Assembly: GCA_951406725.2 (NCBI GenBank) | Contig: OX597814.1 | Span: 219,604,001 to 219,668,000, forward strand | From: Octopus vulgaris | Taxonomy: Eukaryota | Reading direction: 5' to 3' | DNA: 64,000 nt | Shown here: positions 25,436 to 38,753 of the stretch, in pieces | How positions within the stretch are numbered: position 1 is the stretch's first letter | Layout: every line of letters starts with the position of its first letter | Notes under the pieces: generated by a model | What the model was told of the DNA's origin: nothing | The model's input: the letters and a program-made list of their open reading frames with translations, nothing else | The model's database searches: none | Program-made: the position numbers and the translations under genes

Positions 25436-27786
25436 TGATTTTTTCTTTAGCCATGTTTTATTCGTGGTGCAAGTTGGGTTGAGTGTGAGAAAAAAATATG
25501 AAAAAAGAGCAAACGACATAGAAATAGTTTGGTTTATTCTGGTTTATGAATTAACTCTATATATAATAAACATACTAAGTTTTTGTGTGCGTGTCTATAT
25601 ATAGGTATCCAATTCTAAGATGCAGTGAATTTGTTGCAGAATTTTATATAACACTCTTATTCTTTTTATATCACAGAACTATTTGTTTCCTTTAGTGTAG
25701 TAATATTTTTTTTTTTTTCCATTTTCTTTTTTGACCCTTTTGATACCAACCTACCTGTGACCACTATGGTTCTATGATGCAAACTTCTTGTTTTGAAGTG
25801 ATCTCAATTAAAACTTTTTACCAAAATTTCAGGCATCAGCTTAATGAGAAAAAATTCTTTTTTTTTATTCAATTCTTCATTATTTTCAAAACTGCAACCA
25901 AAGGTAGTGTATTTCCACAGAAACAGGGAAACAAGAGATTATTAATACCAGCTCCAAGACAAGTGTAGCTCCAAAGGATTAAGTCATGGTTTATTCTTGC
26001 AACACATTCACACTACCAAAATTTTTCTCTTTATATTCCTCAGCTCCCTCCTCCTTCCCTCCCCCCTCTCTCTAAATGTTAAAAAATCTTTGATTCCTAA
26101 GCAACATGATATTTTAGATTCAAAATACTTATCTCGCTGATTATACTGACCTCAGTGTACCTAATTCAGCACTACTTTGTTGTTGTTTTTTTTTTTCCCC
26201 TTTTCCTATTTTTTTTTTTTTTTTTGCTGTAGATGCATCTGACATACATTTTGTATAGAGAGTTAATCCCTTTGCTTGTGAAGATAATTCACTAATCTTT
26301 CAGCCATTTTAAGCAATATTCACTATGTTACTACTTGTTTCGTGCAGCTCAGTACCTATAGAGTGTCAGTATGCTGATTGTGGTAGCAGTTGTTATTGTG
26401 GTTACCTAATTTGCTTTCACTCCTGAAACAGCTGAACTTACTGCACCAAATGTTTTCAATGCCATAAAAAACACGCTGGCTCTTCCAATATGTTTTTACT
26501 GCCATAAACTGTTTACCAATATGTTAATTCTAGAGGTGAGATAATTGATAATGGACTGGTTGCTTACATGTTACTGAATTTGAGATATGTTGATCCAGAT
26601 GTTATATTTCTGGACTGAACACTTCATTCTTTATTGTCTTAGCTTTTAAGAATTGAAATACAAATAATTTGGGAATGTTCTCTGTAATAGGCTATTTCCC
26701 TGTCATACAAGAGATTTATATTTTTATCTGCTTACCACCATGAAATTAGCTGAGCACTGGCTCTTAAAAACTTCTCAGGCCTGAGAAAGCATTTACATTT
26801 ACCTTATGTGTTTGTTGTCTTGAGATAACTAACTTGGTGACTGAGTCCTGTTAAACAAGCTTATGTGCTTTGCAAAGAATTTTCTTTCACAGGAGAATAC
26901 AAAGTGGTTTTCCATTGCTTCCTTGAGTATTTTAATATTTTTAAAATTTATCTTTTTTTTTTTTTTTTTACAATATAACATCCTGTGGGATAGATGCAGT
27001 CAAGTTTCTTGTTCATGCTGTGGCACTCAAGTCTAAAGAGGCAGAACAAACAATGTTCAAAAAATTTGGTTTGCTCAGAGCCCTGGGCTAGTACTTTGTT
27101 TTATTGAACCTGGAGAAATGAAAGGCATAGTTGACTATAATAGGATTTGAACTCAGAATGTAAAAGAGTAGGAATAAATACTGCGTGACATTTTTTCCAA
27201 CACTCTACCAAGAGTTTCACCAGTTTGCTTTTAATGGGTAATTGCTAAATCACTGGATTGACTTTAGTTATCTCTGATTAATACCAAAGGTGTTAAACTA
27301 GTGTATTTTAATGAGTCTACTGCCATTGTACTTCAACGTACTGTTCCTCAATAGTTATGATGATGTAACAATAATGCATTCTAAACTATTGGGTCATTCG
27401 GCAGCAAACATTGAAAGCTTCATCTTCATACTGTAACTCAGCCTCTTCACATTCCATCATAGGAATTGGATGAGTCTGCAAATTGACAATATTTCCTTCT
27501 CCTTTCTGTCTATGCTGTATTTATACTTGTTAGCTCCATGCAGTTAGATAACATTTGCTGTGTTGGTAGTATGAGTAAAATACCATATCAGCAGTTCGTA
27601 CAGTGTAGTTTATTATGCTTCAATAGTAATCACCGAATGACACCAGAAATATTGATAGTTTGTGTGGACCATTTAACTGGAATTTAGAACTTTTGGTACT
27701 GGGCCACATGAACAGGATTTTCTAAATGTCAAAGTACACTGGAAGATGCTGGAATATTGTGAAGGATGTGTTTAACCCATTCAGAT

Positions 27787-28187
27787 TACTCTTTTACTTG
27801 TTTCAGTCATTTGACTGCAGCCATGCTGGAGCACCACCTTTAATCGAGCAACTTGACCCCGGGACTTATTCTTTTTTTGTAAGCCCAATACTTATTCTAT
27901 CGGTCTCTTTTTGCCGAACTGCTAAGTAACGGGGACATAAACACACCAGCATCGGTTGTCAAGCAATGCTAGGGGGGACAAACACAGACACACAAACACA
28001 CACACGCATATATATACATATATACGACGGGCTTCTTTCAGTTTCCGTCTACCAAATCCACTCACAAGGCTTTGGTCGGTCCGAGGCTATAGCAGAAGAC
28101 ACTTGCCCGAGGTGACACGCAGTGGGACTGAACCCGGAACCATGTGGTTCGTAAGCAAGCTACTTACCACACAGCCACTCCTGCGCC
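27787..28187 (-). mobile_element. SINE family A inserted in MITE M1 (27772-28368)
   Basis: flanks rejoin to the M1 sequence cattcagattact|atgcttatttattcac...gctaaagagttaa. Confidence 0.9.
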
Positions 28188-28739
28188 TATGCTTATTTAT
28201 TCACATTGTTTTGAATTAATCACGTCTTATCAAGATTTTGATGATATAATTATATATTTTTAGAATTACATTGTAGGGTAGGTGTGAGAGATGGGATCTG
28301 GCAGATTTGAGCATAAAACATAGAATATTTGGGCCAGATATGGTCAATTAAAATGCTAAAGAGTTAAATGTTTTCTTGTTCCAAACAGGCTTCTCAGTTT
28401 CTTGCTGTTGGGTTATAAGGGGTTCTGACCATTTGAAGTCTTGGAACATTTTTTTTTTTTTTCACTCCTCTTTCGAATTTTCTTTCTTTTCTTTTTTTTG
28501 TGGGGGGGGGCCCCGCTGTGAAAAGTGAAGCTTGCATCATGCTGTCTGTATGCATGTGTGTCAAAATAGATATTAAATCAATGATACAGATAAAGAAACA
28601 CACCTGTGTATATATATATATATTTGTGTGTGTGTGCACACACACACACATTGCTATACTTATTTTTATATTATGTAGACTTATTGTTATATGTTTGTTA
28701 TTACTTGTCGCTTCTTCCTTCTCGCGATCTGTGTCTCTC

Positions 28740-28797
28740 ACACCACCACCAACACCACTACCATTACCACCACCACCACTACTACTACTACTACTAC
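28740..28797. repeat. (CAC)n/(TAC)n trinucleotide tract
   Basis: direct reading. Confidence 0.9.
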
Positions 28798-29680
28798 TCT
28801 GTAGTGTATATATTTGTCAGATATTTCAAATCTATTTTCTGGGGTGGGGTGTTGATACTAGATATTTACCAGATCCTTGTTACTATTAAAGGAAGGACTG
28901 GTTATTTATATTTTTTTTTCTGCTTTTGTTTTCTTTTTTAATGTACAAATTTTGCTTTTTCAGCAAAATATCTTTTTTGCAGTCTCCACAATGTCTCTTT
29001 ATGGTTTGTGCAGTCAGTTTTTTCAAGTTAGTATCAAACTTTGGCATTATATTCTTATAATAGTCTGAATGTATTTCACTGAAAATCAAACAAAACAAAG
29101 ATTTAAAAAAAAAAAAAAGGAAAGAATGCACAAAAAAGAGAAAAGAATCTCCACGAATAAAAAGGAAAAAAAACATCGAGGATAATCGAAGCTTCAATGT
29201 TATCTGTTGTTGCTTATCTGTGTTTGTCTTGTTTGTGATATCGTGTGATATGGTGTGCATATTTAAGATGGCCAGTAGAAGAGGAATGCGATTTTAACTT
29301 ATTGATCTGTTGTTGTTATTGAGTATTTATTTGTCTATTTTCCATATACAATGATTTCACTTAAGCGCCAAGATCTTCTTGAGGACATCCAGTGTGTGTG
29401 TGTGTGTGTGTGTATATGCTTGTTTCCACATAGATATGACTGGTGTTAAGATTCGTATGACATGAATATTGTTATATTTGTGTATACATACTTAAAATCA
29501 TGCTTGTGTATGTATGTGTGTGTGTGTGTGTGTGTGTGTTTGTTTGTTTACATGTGGGTTTGTACTAAGTTGCTATTTTATTGGTTTTCAATTTATTGCT
29601 GGGGCATCACCTTCGAAGGTTTTAGTCACTTGTATTGATCCAAATACTTTGTCTGATTTTTATTTTGTCAACCATGTCTA

Positions 29681-30093
29681 GGTGCAAGCATGGTTGTGTG
29701 GTTAAGAGGCTTGCTTCCCAACCACATAGTCTCAGGTTCAGTCCCACCATGTGACAATTTAGGAAATGTCTTTTATCATATCCCTGGGCTGACCAAACCT
29801 TTGTAAGTGGATTTGGTGACTGGAAACTGAACGAAATCTGTGTGTGTGTGTTTGGACGATTGTCTAGACATTACGTGATAATTGTAAGCAAGCATTACCG
29901 TCATACAAGTGATGTTATATATTCCCAGTCTTCCATGAAACTGTATTTGGCCCTGAGAAAATATTACCTTGCTTGAAAATAGGTGAATATTGGCGATAGA
30001 AAGGACATCCTGTCATAGAGAATCTGTTTTAACAAATTCTGTCTGGCTCATGTCAGCATGGAAAAGTTGATGATGATGATGATGATGATGATG
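29681..30093 (+). mobile_element. Old SINE: A head with C-type (GAT)n tail
   Basis: ggtgcaagcatggttgtgtggttaag...ggttcagtccc head; gaaaggacatcc and cagcatggaaaag(tga)n tail. Confidence 0.8.
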
Positions 30094-30489
30094 TGAGGTG
30101 GACCAGGAGCATACTCCAATATCATAATGTACTTTTCATGATGCACTGATCCTACCATTTCAAGCTGATATGTTACACACATAAATTCTGCGGGTTTCTC
30201 CCAATTTCTTAGGATTTGGTCAACCTAAGACTATGATAGAAGACACTTGATCAAGAGATCATGCAGCAAGATTGAATTGGAACTCTCAGCACTGAAAAAC
30301 AACTTCTTAATTATACATGAAAGAATAATTAGTGCTGCATTTGCGCATACATATGCACATATGCATGTGCCTGCGTGTGTACTTGTTTCGTTTTTCTTAT
30401 GTATGCAGTAATTACAATTATGATGATATAATAATGAACTATCTTGTGCTCTGAGTTCAAATCCTGCTTGGGATTACCTTTGCCTTTAA

Positions 30490-30708
30490 CCCTTTAGTAT
30501 TTAAACCGGCCACATCCGGCCAAAATATTTAATCTGTTTTATGTTCAAACTGACCAGATCAGGGCTCTCGCACCTACCCTACAATGTTATTCTACATTAA
30601 GTAATTACACCATCAAGATCTTGAAGATATGAGATGATGCATGATTAATTCAAACCAATGGGAATCAATAAGCATTATGTTTGATTGAATAATCTGAACA
30701 CTAAAGGG
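30490..30708. mobile_element. piggyBac-like MITE M1
   Basis: TTAA|ccctttagt ... actaaaggg|TTAA. Confidence 0.88.
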
Positions 30709-31012
30709 TTAATGATGATAAACTAAGAACCGGACGTGTCTTGTGGTGTATTCAGTTAATTAATTTTTATTTTTCTCCTACAAATGTTTAGGTGTCTGAT
30801 TGTGAAGAACACCATTGCCTTGTTTCCACTCTCTGCATGTATTCCACATTCGGTTCCCTCAGGAGCTTCTCAACAAAGCAACAACACACTTTTTACACAT
30901 GTTTCGTATAAGCATGCATCATAAGAGGCTTCCTTTTGCATGAATTGAGCAACAGATGCTTCATATGGGCTGCGTTTGTGAAACCTTTTATTATCAACAG
31001 AGGTACCGCAAT

Positions 31013-31403
31013 GACTGGCCTCCGTGCTGAGGGCACGTAACAAACACCATCCGAGCGTGGCCATCCGCCAGCCTTGGCACCTGTGTCGGTGGCACATAAA
31101 AAACACCATCCGAGCGTGGCCGTCTGCCAGCCTCGTCTGGCACCTGTGTCGGTGGCACATAAAATACACCATCCGAGCGTGGCCGTCTGCCAGCCTCGTC
31201 TGGCACCTGTGTCGGTGGCACATAAAATCACCCACTACACTCTCGGAGTGGTTGGCGTTAGGAAGGGCATCCAGCTGTAGAAACACTGCCACATCTGACT
31301 GGCCTGGTGCAGCCTTCGGGCTTCCCAGATCCCCAGTTGAACCGTCCAACCCATGCTAGCATGGAAAGCGGACGTTAAACGATGATGATGATGATGATGA
31401 TGT
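31013..31403 (+). mobile_element. Family C retroposon with 63-bp units
   Basis: ggcacat at 31091, 31154, 31217; (GAT)n tail. Confidence 0.9.
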
Positions 31404-32446
31404 GACTTTTTCTGATTTCTTTATTCTAGTCATTGTTGTTATGAACCAGCGAAGGGACCTCTCTATAACTGCTTTACCTGCTAGAAATAGCAGCTAAATT
31501 ATTGCTCAAGTTATACCTTATTTAAGAAAGGAAGCTACACTGCAAAATTTCATTCTAGGTGCACTGTATACGAATAAATATGGAATGGTCATAGCTGGAA
31601 CTTCTGATTGATTTGAGTCTAAACACTGACATTCTTGCTACTCTACTTTCATTTTAGTACTTATTATATCGTATGATTAACAGAAATTATCAACATTTTA
31701 TAGCTATTCCTACTACAAATAACTTCTGTGAAAGCCTTATATTTTAAGTCTTGATTTTCTGCCAATATGCCAAAGATCTTTCTAGACCTTTTGTGTGTTC
31801 ATTGCTGCCCATATATCAAAGCAAGGCTACTTTCTGTTTGGCACAAGAAATTTCATGCATTTTCTAGAATTTTTTGATTAAGTTGATTTTTATGTCTTTG
31901 GATTCTAGATCGTATCTCCAGGTTTTTAACTTTGTCTCTAACTCCTTTACAGGGTCTGCTTTGAAGACCCAAGTCAAAATCACCAGCATATAAAAGTTCT
32001 CAAAATACAACTAGTTCAGAATTCTTGGTACCCTTCTTTGTCTTCAATTAGTGGTCTTGGAAGGGAGATAATATCATTCCCCTAGTTTTTGCCTCTCTGC
32101 TTAATGCTGAAGTTGCAATCAGTGGTACCCTAGAAGAAGTAGAAAACTGCAGTAGGTGCTGTCTTAATCTTCACCTCAGGAGCCTATTACTCTTACTATT
32201 TCTGCTGCATTTAGTTTCTCTGTTATTGTTGTTGCTTTTCCTCTTCTGGGTAGAAAGCCCTTGAATGGCTTTTACTGCCATGCATTTAGCAACTGGGTAA
32301 GTCATCATAGTTACAAGGACTTAGGGGAGGGTGTCGATACAAATTCCACCTGACTAAAATGTTGTTGCAGGTCTCCTCCATGTTAACCACATGACCATAC
32401 TGTTGCACAATGGTGACGACAAGCCAAGGGTCAGTGTCCATAATAA

Positions 32447-32701
32447 TCATCATCATCATCATCATCGTTTAGCGTCCGCTTTCCATGCTTACATGGGTTG
32501 GACGGTGCAACTGGGGTCTGGGAAGCCAGAAGGCTGCACCAGGCCCAGTTTGATCTGGCAATGTTTCTACGGCTGGATGCCCTTCCTAACGCCAACCACT
32601 CCATGAGTGTAGTGGGTGCTTTTTACGTTCCACCGACACAGGTGCCAGACGAGTCTGGCAACTGGCCACGATCGGATGGTGCTTTTTACGTGCCACCGGC
32701 A
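32447..32701 (-). mobile_element. Family C retroposon, 5'-truncated
   Basis: (CAT)n tail and two units. Confidence 0.88.
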
Positions 32702-32937
32702 ATACCACTAGTTATTATAATTATATTCCTGTGATCCACATACTGTTGCACCAGCTCGTGACCAAGCTTCTAGTCCACGTCTCCTAACTTAATTCTTGGC
32801 CTTAAAAGTCCTGACACCTGCTTTCTTTGCTTGTCATTTCTTTGGTTTGCTTGTTTCTTTATTTTTAATAGCCATATTAAATCAAGGGGCATATATCCGG
32901 CCTCATATTGGCCAGAGTTCCCTGCAGCTCTTTTGAG

Positions 32938-33325
32938 ACTCTCTTTTACTCTTTTACTTGTTTCAGTCATGTGACTGTGGCCATGCTGGAGCACCGCCTT
33001 TAGTCGAGCAAATCGACCCCGGGACTTATTCTTTTGTAAGCCCAGTACTTATTCTATCGGTCTCTTTTTGCCGAACCGCTAAGTGATGGAGACGTAAACG
33101 CACCAGCATCGGTTGTCAAGCAATTCTAGGGGGACAAACACAGACACACACACATATATATATACGACAGGCTTCTTTCAGTTTCTGTCTACCAAATCCA
33201 CTCACAAAGCATTGGTCGGCCTGGGGCTATAGCAGAAGACACTTGCCCAAGATGCCACGCAGTGGGACTGAACCCGGAACCATGTGGTTTGTTAGCAAGC
33301 TACTTACCACACAGCCACTCTTGCG
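32938..33325 (-). mobile_element. SINE family A
   Basis: full-length reverse match. Confidence 0.92.
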
Positions 33326-33890
33326 ACTATATAGAAAACCTGTATACTTTTTCTTTTGCCTGGAGTTAACTGATGTATAGTATTTTTTGGCTTGCAATGC
33401 TAGCAAAACGGTGTTGTTTTAGTGTGCATTTTACCATCTTTTTCCTTTTGCGCTTGTCAAATTGTAATTCTTTAGCTGTCAGTTTTCTTTGATTGTCATG
33501 TCATTGTGTTTTTGCCTGTTTCTTTATTCTTAAATTTGGTTTTGGTTCACTTCGTTGGAGGGGTACCTCCTCCCATTACTCCCAAATTGGCCATATTAAA
33601 CCAGTATTAAGCAAATCATGCAGTACATTTGCAAAACATATTTGTACACCAAAAAATTGTCAAAGAATGAACCATTTCCAATATTCTGAAGGCTTTTGTC
33701 CATTAAAAAAAGAATCTGGATAAAACAAAACAAAGCAAAGCTTGTTTTCCATTAAATAATCCTGAAAAAATTTCCTTTTAAGTGAAGCTCACTTAGTGAA
33801 ACATGCCTGTTCACAACAAACATCATCAACTACAGAAGTGTGGAGTGTAATAAATCAGCTATATTCTCCTTTGCATAACCTAAATAAGCT

Positions 33891-33922
<32 letters not shown>

Positions 33923-33929
33923 TATTATG

Positions 33930-34476
33930 AAGGCAGCGAGCTGGCAGAATTGTTAGCACACCGGGCGAAATTTTGCAGTATTTCGTCTGCTACTATGTCC
34001 CGAGTTCACATTCTGCTGAGGTCGACTTGACCTTTCATCCTTTCGAGGTCAATAAATTAAGCACCAGTTGAGTACTGAGGTCGATGTAATCGAACATCCC
34101 CCTCCCCCAAATGTCAGGCTGTGTGCCTATAGTGATCACGTGACCGACCAGACCGTCAGATGTTGTTACACATCGCTGGTCACAATGTGTTCGCATTGTT
34201 TTAGCCTTCGAATGATGCCACCCGGCTGGCTAAGCGAGCAGGCCAACTGAAGAAAGAGTGAGAGAAAGTTGTGGTGAAAGAGTACAGCAGGGATCACCAC
34301 CCCCTGCCGGAGCCTCGTGGAGCTTTTAGGTGTTTTTGCTCAATAAACACTCACAACGCCCGGTCTGGGAATTGAAACCACGATCCTGTGACTGCGAGTC
34401 CGCTGCCCTGATCACTAGGCCATTGCGCCTCCACGTGCCTATAGTAGAAAAGATTATTATTATTATTATTATTATT
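33930..34476 (+). mobile_element. SINE family D, split by a nested B-variant
   Basis: aaggcagcgagctggcagaa head, gaggtcgac..cctttcatcctttcg body, (ATT)n tail. Confidence 0.85.
34134..34434 (-). mobile_element. SINE with B head and alternative 3' tail (B2)
   Basis: 11-bp TSD gtgcctatagt at 34123-34133 and 34435-34445; matches B for ~180 bp then unrelated tail. Confidence 0.88.
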
Positions 34477-34703
34477 AAGGCTGCGAGCTGGACGAAATGC
34501 TTAGGGGTATTTCACTTGTCACTAGCTACATTCTGATTTAAAATTCTGTCAAGGTCGACTTTGCCTTTCATCCTTTTGGGGTGGATAAATTAAGTACCAG
34601 TGAGACACTGGGGTTGATGTAATTGACTAGTTCCCTCCCACCAAATTTCAAGCTTTGTGCCTTTAGTAGAAAGGATTATTATTATTATTATTATTATTAT
34701 TAT
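34477..34703 (+). mobile_element. SINE family D
   Basis: second D copy starting in the (ATT)n tail of the first. Confidence 0.82.
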
Positions 34704-35152
34704 TGAGTGAGATAGTAGCAGATGTCATCAAAGAGACACTGGGGTACAAATATATGAAGCCTAGTATATTCATCATGACTACCCATCAGATAAGGGTATT
34801 CCAACACATGCATCACAACCATGTGTGTGACATGGTGACCTACTAAGATAAACATCACATGGCCCTGTAGGTGGGGCCCAGTTGTAATTTTCTTCAGGTT
34901 GAGTAGCCCATTCTGCTCAAATAGTCCCTGAATGAGGGTTGTTTAAGGATGATGAATGAAATACCCATGTTTCCAGGGGTGAAATATTCATACCCCAAAG
35001 AATTCCCCTCAACACATGGCTACAATGCTCCCCAACTACTCCTGCTCATGAGCAGAGATGCTCATATGATCAGCCACTCAGGGACATACTCAACTGGTTA
35101 CGGTCAAGCAATTGACAAGCAAATCTATGGTATTGAGCAGAAACATATCATA

Positions 35153-35587
35153 GGCGCAGGAGTGGCTGTGTGGTAAGTAGCTTGCTAACCAACCACATGG
35201 TTCCGGGTTCAGTCCCACTGCGTGGCATCTTGGGCAAGTGTCTTCTGCTATAGCCCCGGGCCGACCAATGCCTTGTGAGTGGATTTGGTAGACGGAAACT
35301 GAAAGAAGCCTGTCGTATATATGTATATATATATTTGTGTGTGTGTGTTTGTGTGTCTGTGATTGTCCCCTTAGCATTGCTTGACAACTGAAGCTGGTGT
35401 GTTTATGTCCCCGTAACTTAGCGGTTCGGCAAAAGAGACCGATAGAATAAGTACTGGGCTTACAAAGAATAAGTACTGGGCTTACAAAGAATAAGTCCCG
35501 GGGTTGATTTGCTCGACTAAAGGCGGTGCTCCAGCATGGCCGCAGTCAAATGACTGAAACAAGTAAAAGAGTAAAAGAATAAAAGAG
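35153..35587 (+). mobile_element. SINE family A with internal 22-bp duplication
   Basis: agaataagtactgggcttacaa doubled at 35444-35487. Confidence 0.92.
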
Positions 35588-35672
35588 CCCAGGTAAGTGC
35601 TTTGCCATCAATTCATTGAGGAAAGTTTACTGAGAAAATATATCCGTAGAATCTCACTATTAATAGTTAAAA

Positions 35673-36058
35673 GGGGAGGGGGGAAGCACTCCGTCGGTTA
35701 CGACGACGAGGGTTCCGGTTGATCCGAATCAACGGAACAGCCTGCTCGTGAAATTAACGTGTAAGTGGCTGAGCACTCCACAGACACGTGCATCCTTAAC
35801 GCAGTTCTCGGGGATATTCAGCGTGACACAGAGAGTGACAAGGCCGGCCCTTTGAAATACAGGTACAACAGAAACAGGAAGTAAGAGTGAGAGAAAGTTG
35901 TGGTGAAAGAGTACAGCAGGGATCACCACCATCCCCTGCCGGAGCCTTGTGGAGATTTTTGGTCTTTTCGCTCAATAAACACTCACAACTGGGAATCGAA
36001 ACCGCGATCCTACGACCGCGAGTCCGCTGCCCTAACCACTGGGCCATTGCACCTCCAC
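35673..36058 (-). mobile_element. SINE family B
   Basis: 11-bp TSD aatagttaaaa at 35662-35672 and 36059-36069. Confidence 0.92.
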
Positions 36059-36287
36059 AATAGTTAAAAACTATTTTATTGTAAAGAAAAAAGCAGCAAA
36101 TTGATGACGGTGAAATTTCCCTGCAGTGAATTGATGACAGTGAACTTACTGGACATATTTACACCAAGATAAAACAATGTACATGATAACACTTCCAATC
36201 AGTTAAGATCAGAAGCCATGAGAGGTACTGCCTAGTACTGCATCAGGGCATTTGTTGTTGTGAGAGTCACGACACTCCCTGTGAGAA

Positions 36288-36537
36288 CATCATCATCATC
36301 GTTTAACGTCCGTTCTCCATGCTAGCATGGGTTGGACGGTTCGACTGGGGATCTGGGAAGCCAGAAGGCTGCACCAGGCTCCAGTCTGATCTGGCAGTGT
36401 TTCTACAGCTGGATGCCCTTCCTAATGCCAACCACTCCGTGAGTGTAGTGGGTGCTTTTTACATGCCACCTGCACTGGTGCCAGGCGAGGCTGGCATCGG
36501 CCACGGTCGGATTGGTGCATTTTACGTGCCACCTGCA
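36288..36537 (-). mobile_element. Family C retroposon, 5'-truncated
   Basis: (CAT)n tail and two units. Confidence 0.88.
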
Positions 36538-36723
36538 GACTTGACTAAATGACTATAAATAGTAGCGGTCTGAGTGAGAGACAGAAAGAGTGGGCGTTAA
36601 TTGCAGGAAGTTGTAAGGTGTTGTTTTGTCCGAATATCGTTTGTTGGTTCGTGTATGGTTTGTGGAGAGTTTGTTGGATTGCTATGTTGCTGCTACCCTG
36701 CTTTGTTATATATATTTATTGTT

Positions 36724-37114
36724 GTGGAGGCGCAATGGCCCAGTGGTTAGGGCAGCAGACTCGCGGTCATAGGATCGCGGTTTCGATTCCCAGACCGGGC
36801 GTTGTGAGTGTTTATTGAGCGAAAACACCTAAAAGCTCCACGAGGCTCCGGCGGGGGATGGTGGTGATCCCTGCTGTACTCTTTCACCACAACTTTCTCT
36901 CACTCTTACTTCCTGTTTCTGTTGTACCTGTATTTCAAAGGGCCGGCCTTGTCACTCTCTGTGTCACGCTGAATATCCCCGAGAACTACGTTTAAGGGTA
37001 CACGTGTCTGTGGAGTGCTCAGCCACTTACACGTTAATTTCACAAGCAGGCTGTTCCGTTGATTCGGATCAACCGGAACCCTCGTCGTCGTAACCGACGG
37101 AGTGCTTCCATCCC
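36724..37114 (+). mobile_element. SINE family B
   Basis: 14-bp TSD atat(a/g)tttattgtt at 36710-36723 and 37115-37128. Confidence 0.92.
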
Positions 37115-38753
37115 ATATGTTTATTGTTACTACACGGTTATAGTGTAAACAGGCATCGTTATAAATAGTGGACGAGAAACTACATTACAATAGCATTATT
37201 ATCATTATTATTATTATTATCATCTCTTTTTGAAAAAAAAAATTTATAACTCAGTTAAAGCACAATATAATCATTAATATGTGATGTGAATTGACTTGGG
37301 TTGTTGGGTGTAAAAAACACTGCTGTTTTTTGTTGATGGTATGTAGTTCTGGAAAAGGAAAACTAGGAAGTAGTGATGAAGTGTTATAATGTTGGCTATG
37401 AGGTGGTGTTCATTCTCATCAATACCATAGTTATTACTTAAAGAAGTAAATATATCTCTCCTAAAAGTCTGAGATTTTATTTTATAGACATGGACATGCA
37501 AGAAACTCATTCTGCTCTGGACCACTCTCTCAAGCCTTCCCCCTCTCTATTCCTTATCCTCCTTGCATAAAGATTCCCCCACCTAACCCGGAGTACATAG
37601 TCTTGCAAGTTGCATGGCAACCCCCAGCAGTACTGGTAGTCCAAGAAAAATGCTTCCAACTTGCACTGTTAAGTGGTTGGTGTTAGAAAGGTCATCTGGC
37701 CATAGAAACCATACCGAACAAAAACTGAAATATAATGTAGTTCTTGGGCCTATTAGAGTCTGTCAAACCATCCAACCCATGCTAACATGGAGCATAGATG
37801 TTAAATGATGATGATTTAGTAGAACTGAAAAAAAAAAGAAAAGAAAGATAATTAAATCCTTTTCAATTTACTGTTAGGTTGAATTATTCCCTTCAGAAAT
37901 AACATACCCAGGTATGCATGCATTTCATCAACACTTGTACAAACAAAACTGGCTGCTCTCTTTTGTTTATTATGCAAATTAGTTTGTTGGCTGATAAAAT
38001 AAGTGGAAAATGTTTTCCCCAATACAATTAAGTGGAAAATGTTGCCCCTTTCCTCTGCAAAAAAACCCCCAAAAAACCCAAAACAAAAACTAAAATCTTC
38101 ACATTAAGCCCCAAAGGTATTTTTGGATCAACAGCACTTGCAAAAGGATCAGTGTCCAATTCTTCAAGTAATATTTTGGTCTGAGTCACTTGAGGGAAAA
38201 TTGGATCCAAGTTAGACAATGAAGTCCGCATTGAAGAAATAAATATATCTCACTGTTTATCATCTCTAAAGCCTTATCTGCCAAAAATTCAATGATTATA
38301 TAATTAAATAAGCTGTTGCATAATGAATAATTAGAGTCATTTTTCAAAGAATGTTTCGATAAAAAAACAAACAAATGCAATAAGTTGCAAAACTCTTAAA
38401 CCTTAAAATAAGTTGCAAAAATTTCGGAACATTTGGGTTGATTTTAATAACATTACAAATTGTAGGTATATGATAGAAGAATGGATTAAAGTTTTCTCAT
38501 TTAGATTACAGACGTTATAACTTCCTTTAAAACAAATGTAAACATGGGTTGTTTAATTCATGTAGTTTCAGGTGATCTAAGACTGAGAGACAGATACGGT
38601 ACCATACATATTTGTGTCATGCAGGATGTTAGAGTTAGTATTTTGTGTAGTCTCAGTACAAGTTCTAGTTTGTATCAATGCTTATCCTCATTTTATTTAT
38701 ACTTAGCTCATGTATATTGATTATAGATTATAGAACCAACAAGAAACATGACT

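Noticed and set aside
28380-29400. Exon or promoter in non-repetitive low-complexity region with several acceptor-like sites
   Set aside because: No coherent reading frame or donor/acceptor pair; ORFs derive from microsatellites
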